Shown here piece after piece: positions 58,552 through 64,000 of a stretch of 64,000 nucleotides of DNA. The notes under the pieces are model-generated. The model saw only the letters and a program-made list of their open reading frames with translations, ran no database searches and was not told the DNA's origin. Every line of letters starts with the position of its first letter. Position 1 is the stretch's first letter. A program made the translations under genes and the position numbers. Origin of the DNA: Vulcanimicrobiota bacterium (lineage in GTDB: Bacteria; Vulcanimicrobiota; Vulcanimicrobiia; Eremiobacterales; Eremiobacteraceae); contig CAWDVP010000006.1 of NCBI GenBank assembly GCA_963805945.1, forward strand, positions 224,001 through 288,000, given 5' to 3'.

Positions 58552-59918
58552 CGTTGAGCGTCGTCGTGCTCGGCGGCGGGCCTGCCGGCGATGTCGCCGC
58601 GCTACGCGCGGCGCAGTTGGGCGCGCAGGTCACGCTTATCGAACGCGCCCAGCTCGGCGGCACGTGTCTCAATTGGGGCTGCATCCCCACCAAGGCGCTG
58701 CTCGCGAGCGCAGACCTGCTGCGCAAGATCCGCCGCGCCGAGGAGTTCGGCATCGACGTCCCCGAGCCGAAGATCAACTTCGCCAAGATGATGTCGCGCA
58801 AGGAAGACATCGTCCTCAAGCAGCGCACCGGCGTCGAGAACGCGTGCAAGCGCAAGAAGGTCGAAGTGGTGCACGGCCAGGGCGTCGTGGCGTCGGATGC
58901 GGTCGTCGTCAACGGCAAGCGCTATCCATACGATTTCCTCATCATCGCGGTCGGCACCGAGCCATCCGGCCTGCCGGTCGTCGAGCTCGATCAGCCGGCG
59001 GTCATCACCTCGAACGGCGTGCTGCGCCTGGAGTCCGTGCCGAAGACGATGCTCGTCGTCGGCGGCGGCGTCGTGGGTTGCGAGTTCGCCAGTCTCTTCG
59101 CGGCGCTCGGCACGCAGATCACGATCGTCGAGCTGCTGCCGCGCATCCTCACCGGCATCGACTCGCGCACCGCCGCGCAGTTCCAGAAGATGCTCGAGAA
59201 GGAAGGCGTGCGCGTCCTCACGGGCCGCAGCGTCAAGGAGATCCTGCAATACCGCCGCGACGGCTTGGTCGCGCAGCTCGATGACGACGAGAAGATCGAC
59301 GTCGAAAAGCTGCTCGTGTCCGTGGGCCGCGTGTCGCAGACGCGCGACATCGGACTCGAGGGCGCCGGCGTGAAGGTGGACAAACGCGGCTTCGTCGAGA
59401 CCGATGACTACCTGCGCACCGCCAACCCGAAGATCTACGCGATCGGCGATTGCCGCGGCGGGCCCCAGCTGGCGCACAAGGCGTCGGCCGAGGGCGCGCG
59501 CGCCGTCGAGAACGCGCTCGGCCATCACCCCATGCCGATGGATTGGAGCGTCATCCCGAGCTGCATCTACACACACCCGGAGATCGCCTCGATCGGGCTC
59601 AACGCGGATACCGCCAAAGAGGCCGGCCGCGAAGTGAAGCTCGGGATCGCGCGCGTCGTCGGCAACGGCAAAGCGCTCGGCGAAGGCGAGTCGGAAGGCT
59701 ACGTGCAGATCGTCGCGGACGCGAAGACCGACCGGATACTCGGCGCGACCATCATGGGCATCCATGCGGTGGAGATCGTGCATGAGATCGCGGTCGCGAT
59801 GGCGGACGCGCTCACCATGGACGAACTCGGATCCATCATCCACGCGCACCCGACGGTCAGCGAACTGGTCATGGACGCCGCCGAACAAGGCGAGGGCGTC
59901 GCCCCCTATCTGTCCTGA
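58548..59918 (+). CDS. lpdA: Dihydrolipoyl dehydrogenase
   Basis: GGGPAG, GGTCLNWGCIPTK, GGGVVGCE, QLAHKA, HAHPTVSE. Confidence 0.95.
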   Translation: MTLSVVVLGGGPAGDVAALRAAQLGAQVTLIERAQLGGTCLNWGCIPTKALLASADLLRKIRRAEEFGIDVPEPKINFAKMMSRKEDIVLKQRTGVENACKRKKVEVVHGQGVVASDAVVVNGKRYPYDFLIIAVGTEPSGLPVVELDQPAVITSNGVLRLESVPKTMLVVGGGVVGCEFASLFAALGTQITIVELLPRILTGIDSRTAAQFQKMLEKEGVRVLTGRSVKEILQYRRDGLVAQLDDDEKIDVEKLLVSVGRVSQTRDIGLEGAGVKVDKRGFVETDDYLRTANPKIYAIGDCRGGPQLAHKASAEGARAVENALGHHPMPMDWSVIPSCIYTHPEIASIGLNADTAKEAGREVKLGIARVVGNGKALGEGESEGYVQIVADAKTDRILGATIMGIHAVEIVHEIAVAMADALTMDELGSIIHAHPTVSELVMDAAEQGEGVAPYLS

Positions 59919-59951
59919 GGCGCGCGCGCCGTCGCCGACCGCCTCGTCTGT

Positions 59952-60344
59952 CTACTCAGTCGTCTTGCCGTCGAAGTGCTCGTTGTCGGCCTCGGCCTCG
60001 GCGCGGGTATGGTGGACGATGCCGTCCCGATGATTCGGCGGCGCATACAGCGTGTAGAGCTTCAACGGAACATCGCCCGTGTTGATGATGTTGTGATTCG
60101 CCCCCGCAGGGACGATCACCGCGAAGCCCGCCCGGATCGCCGTCCGAACGCCATCGAGAACCGCCACGCCGGTGCCCTCCTCCACGCGGAAGAACTGGTC
60201 GAGCCTATGCACCTCTGCCCCGATCTCTTCTTCGGGCTTTAACGCCATCACGACGAGCTGGCAGTTCTTCGCTGTGTATAGCACGCGGCGGAACTCGTCG
60301 TTCTTGACTGCGAGATCCTCGATGTCTTGCACGAAGCCTTTCAT
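59952..60344 (-). CDS. Cupin domain protein
   Basis: FRRVLYT, EIGAEVH..DQFFRVEEG, VPAGANHN, LKLYTLYAPP. Confidence 0.9.
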   Translation of the reverse strand: MKGFVQDIEDLAVKNDEFRRVLYTAKNCQLVVMALKPEEEIGAEVHRLDQFFRVEEGTGVAVLDGVRTAIRAGFAVIVPAGANHNIINTGDVPLKLYTLYAPPNHRDGIVHHTRAEAEADNEHFDGKTTE

Positions 60345-60517
60345 GACGACTCCTCTCCCGGCCGCCCGACGCTTCCAGGACTGAGCGGCGGCCGCAGGCG
60401 GGTTCGCCGGAGCGCTGTGGTCCGTCTCCATACGGAGAGATGGAAGTCGCAAGAGGGGCTGTCGGAATCCGAGGCAAACGCTGTGCGGCGTCCCCCAAAT
60501 TCGAAAGGAAGTCATCC

Positions 60518-61015
60518 ATGCGTTTCCCAGTCGCGCTCTCGCTCGTCGCTTTGCTCCTCGTGCTGCCGGCATGCGAGAAACAGTCCACCAGCAGCGGCAA
60601 TGCGCCCGCTCCCGGGGCAGGTGCCGCATCCCCCGGCGATTACACCACGAAATCGGTGACGATCAAGAGCGAAGCGGGCAATCTCGAGATGGGCCAAGGA
60701 GCGGTCGATCCGGCGTCGATCGGACTTCCCGTCTACCCGGGAGCGGAGCCCAGCGTCGGCGGTTCGCTCGCGACGTCGAACAAGGAAGGCAGCTCGAAGA
60801 TCCTCGTGCTCACCACCAAGGACCCCTTTGACAAAGTCTATGCGTTCTACAAACAGAACATGCCGGCGGGCTCTGAGCTCGCGCACGCCGCGGTCGGCCC
60901 GCATATGGCCACGTTCCAGGTGGGCAAAGACGGCGACAAAGTCGTCAAGCGGCTCAACGTGCAGCAGCTGGGCGATAAGATCAACATCACGATGATCGTC
61001 GGCACGAAGAACTAG
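60518..61015 (+). CDS. Hypothetical lipoprotein
   Basis: AAGGAAG RBS, lipobox LPAC, GLPVYPGA, T.DPFDKV.AFYK. Confidence 0.75.
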   Translation: MRFPVALSLVALLLVLPACEKQSTSSGNAPAPGAGAASPGDYTTKSVTIKSEAGNLEMGQGAVDPASIGLPVYPGAEPSVGGSLATSNKEGSSKILVLTTKDPFDKVYAFYKQNMPAGSELAHAAVGPHMATFQVGKDGDKVVKRLNVQQLGDKINITMIVGTKN

Positions 61016-61025
61016 ACTGTCGCGG

Positions 61026-64000
61026 CTAGCGCGGCTGCGGCTGATCGGCGCCCAGGAGGTCGCCGTTCCCGTGGCCGACGTCGTCGAGGGCCGCCTGGAG
61101 CGGCGGGATGTGCTCGGGGATCTCTTCTTCTTCCACGAATTTGTCGGGCGCGAAGCGCATGTACGCGATCGGCACGAGCACAAGGGTGAGCAGCAGCGAG
61201 CTGATCAGTCCGCCGATGACGACGATACCCAGCGACTGCCGCACCTGCGAGCCCTCGACCAGCCCGAGCGCGAGCGGCGTCATGCCCGCGACCATCGAGG
61301 CGGTCGTCATCACGATCGGCCGAAATCGCGTGCGCGCGCTCCTGCGCAGCGCTTCGAGCTTGCCGTAGCCGCGTTTGCGCAATGTGTTCGCATAGTCGAC
61401 CAAGAGGATGCCGTTCTTGGACACCAGTCCCACCAACATGATCACGCCGATGAGCGAGAACAAATTGAGCGTCTGGCGTGTGAGCGCCAGCGCGCCGAAC
61501 GCGCCGACGGCGGCGACCGGCACTGAGAACATGATGATGAACGGCGTCATGTAGCCGTTGTAGAGCGCCACCATCAGCAAGTAGACCAGCAGGAACGACA
61601 GCGCCAGCGCGGCGCCCATGCCGAAGACGGTGTCTTGCAGGTTCTGTTGGTTGCCGTTGGGGTTGGCCCGCACGAGCACGAATGTCGGGAGTTTGAGCGC
61701 CTTGAGCCTGGTCTGGAAATCGCGTTGGACGTTCGACAGCGCGATGCCCGGCACCGTGTTCGCAGTGATGTGGATGACGGTCTGGCGATTGACGCGGGTG
61801 ATGACGAGCTGCGTCGGCTTCCAGGTGAGCGTCGCGACGTCGCCCACCCGCGCGAGCGTTCCGTTGTTGGCCCGCACGGCGATCGTGCCGATCTCATCGA
61901 GGTTGGTGCGGTCCTGCAGTGGGTAGATCACCTGCACGTCTTTGAGCCCGTTCTGCGCCTCGATCTGCGTCGCCACCGTGCCGCCGAGCGCGGCGCGGAT
62001 GGCGGTCGACGCCGAGCCGATGCTCACGCCTTCCGCTTGCGCGGCGTTGCGATCGAACGTCACCTCCACCTGCGGCGCCACTTGCTGCGCGGAGCTGGTG
62101 ACGTTGGTCGTGCCGGGCACGCCGCGCAGCATCTGGTACACCTTCTCGGCGTAGGGCAGCGGATCGCCCTGGAGGCTGGTGACGAGGTAGTCGATCGGCT
62201 GGGCGTTGCCGCCGCCCGTGCTCGTCGCGGGGATCACGACGATGGTCGCGGCAGGCTCGGCCGCCCTCACTTTGGGCTTGAGGAATTCCACCCAATAGTT
62301 GGTGTCGTGCGAGCGGCCGTCTTTCAGCCACAGGTGGACCTGACCGACGTTGCCCTCGTTGATGAAGCCGCCAAACGGCGACGAGTACGCACCCGCGACC
62401 GCAGTCACTGCCTTGGCGTCCGGCACCGTCATGGTGATGTTGTTGATCTTCACCACCGCGGCTTTCGTCGTCGTCAGCGGCGTGCCGGCAGGAAACGTGA
62501 TCTGGACGAACAGCTCGCCGCGGTCGACCGGCGGAATGAACGTGGCGCCGACCACGCCGAGCGGCACCAGCGAGACCGCGAGCACCAGCGAGCCGAACGC
62601 GATGGCTGCGACCATGCGCGGACGCGCCAGCCCCGCCGGCAGCAGCCGTTCCACGTACCAGGTGCGGGCCTGCTCGAAGCGCTCTTCGAATGCACGCATG
62701 ATCGGCCACGGCCGCCAGCCTGCTCATGAGCGACCAGCGGCCGGCGAGCGTCGGTGTGACGGTGAACGACACGAACAGCGAGGTGAGCGTCGCGACCACG
62801 ACGCATAGCGAGAATTCGACCAAGAACTTGCCGACGACGCCCGGCAGAAACGCGATCGGCAAGAACACGACCACGTCGACGAGGGTGATGACGATCGCCG
62901 CGAAGCCGATCTCCGAGCGGCCGTTCACGGCCGCGATGAGCGGCGGCTCACCCTCTTTGTGGTGGCGCTCGATGTTCTCGAGCACGACGATCGAGTCATC
63001 GACCAGGATGCCGACGACGAGCGTCATCGCGAGCAGCGAGACCGTGTCGATGGTGAAGTTCGCTATCTTCATCACGGTGAGCGTGATGAACAGCGAGGTG
63101 GGTATCGCGATGAGCACGACGACCGAACTGCGCCACGATCCGAGGAAGAACAGCATCACGATGGCGGTGAGCGCGATGCCTTCCAGCAGCGTGTGCAGCA
63201 CGCCGGTCAGCTGCGCCTTCGTGTACGCGGACTGAACGTTGACGATCGAGAAATCGACGCCCGGGAACTGCGCGCGCAGCCGCGGCAGCTGCTTGAGGAC
63301 GTTGTCCGAAGTCGTCACCTCGTTAGCCTGGGTCGTCTTCTGCACCTGGAGGAACGAGCGCAGCGCGCCGTCGACGAACGCGTAGACGCGCCGTTCCTCG
63401 TATGCATCGGTCACGGCGGCGACATCGCCGATGCGGATCACGTTCGAGGTCGCCGTCCAGGGATTGACGCCGGTCGGCGGGGCGCCGGCCGCAGCGGGCG
63501 CGGCGGCGGGCAGTAATACCGGGAGGCTCGCGACAGAGTCAGGGGTCCGAAGGTCGCCGCGCACGTCGACCGTCGTCTCGCGCCCGGGCTGGTAGACGAT
63601 TCCGCCCGGCTCGCGCGTGTTGTTCGTCGCAAGTGTGTTGACGATATCGTTGATAGCATAGCCGCCGGCCCGCAGCGCCGCGGGATCCACCGTCACTTGG
63701 AACGACGGCGTCACCGTGCCGTTCGCGGTGACGAAGCCGACACCGTCCACCTGCTCGAGCGCCGGGATGATCTGGTTGTTCACGACGTCGGAAAGGCCGG
63801 CCACCGAGTACGTGCGCGACGCGACGCCGAGCGTCACCACGGTCGACTGGCTGGGGTCGACCGTCGAGATGGTCGGCGTCCGCAGATCGGTCGGCAGCTG
63901 CGACTGCGCGGCCTGCACGCGCTGCTGCACCTGGACGAGCGCGGTGTTCACGTCCGCGCCGAGGTTGAAGACGGCGGAGATCGTCGCCCTGCCTTGCAGG
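61026..64000 (-). CDS. RND efflux permease (AcrB/AcrD/AcrF family); 5' end outside window; frameshift near 62710
   Basis: GILVDDSIVVLENI, VFLPIAF, SFTVTP, GLVSKNGILLVDYA, RFRPIVMTT, VVIGGLISS. Confidence 0.93.

Noticed and set aside
60345..60517. Possible riboswitch (GGCAAAC) in the cupin/lipoprotein spacer
   Set aside because: I could not find the remaining c-di-GMP-I consensus or convincing stems by eye; an Rfam scan would be needed.

Overview
High-GC bacterial chromosomal window. The lineage may be Candidatus Eremiobacterota/Vulcanimicrobiota; this is an inference from gene style and is not verified. The left 13.4 kb holds rpoB-rpoC and rpsL-rpsG-fusA-tuf on the minus strand. The rest is ordinary metabolism and envelope content: an MsbA-like exporter, photolyase, cytochrome c, a cobalamin-riboswitch-controlled Btu uptake operon, a CoxMSL-type molybdoenzyme, a zincin protease, an ECF sigma/anti-sigma pair, a 2-domain multicopper oxidase, GGT, panB, a fused 2-oxoglutarate dehydrogenase with lpdA, and an RND pump. 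Many essential genes carry single-base frameshifts, so the sequence is probably an unpolished long-read assembly and I do not call these genes pseudogenes. The most striking signal is three related families of ~23-29 bp G(T/G)AG-flanked REP-like hairpins, at about 17 clear sites plus degenerate copies. Over half of them sit inside protein-coding sequence (RpoC tail, BtuF, CoxM, 2-oxoglutarate dehydrogenase linker, a dehydrogenase, a nuclease, a helicase) or supply start/stop codons at gene junctions. Other notable items are an overlapping trio (UPF0158-Fic lacking the catalytic His, Fe-S PD-(D/E)XK nuclease, degenerate UvrD helicase), charged extensions on RNA polymerase subunits, and an apparently all-in-one lipoyl-E2-E1 2-oxoglutarate dehydrogenase.
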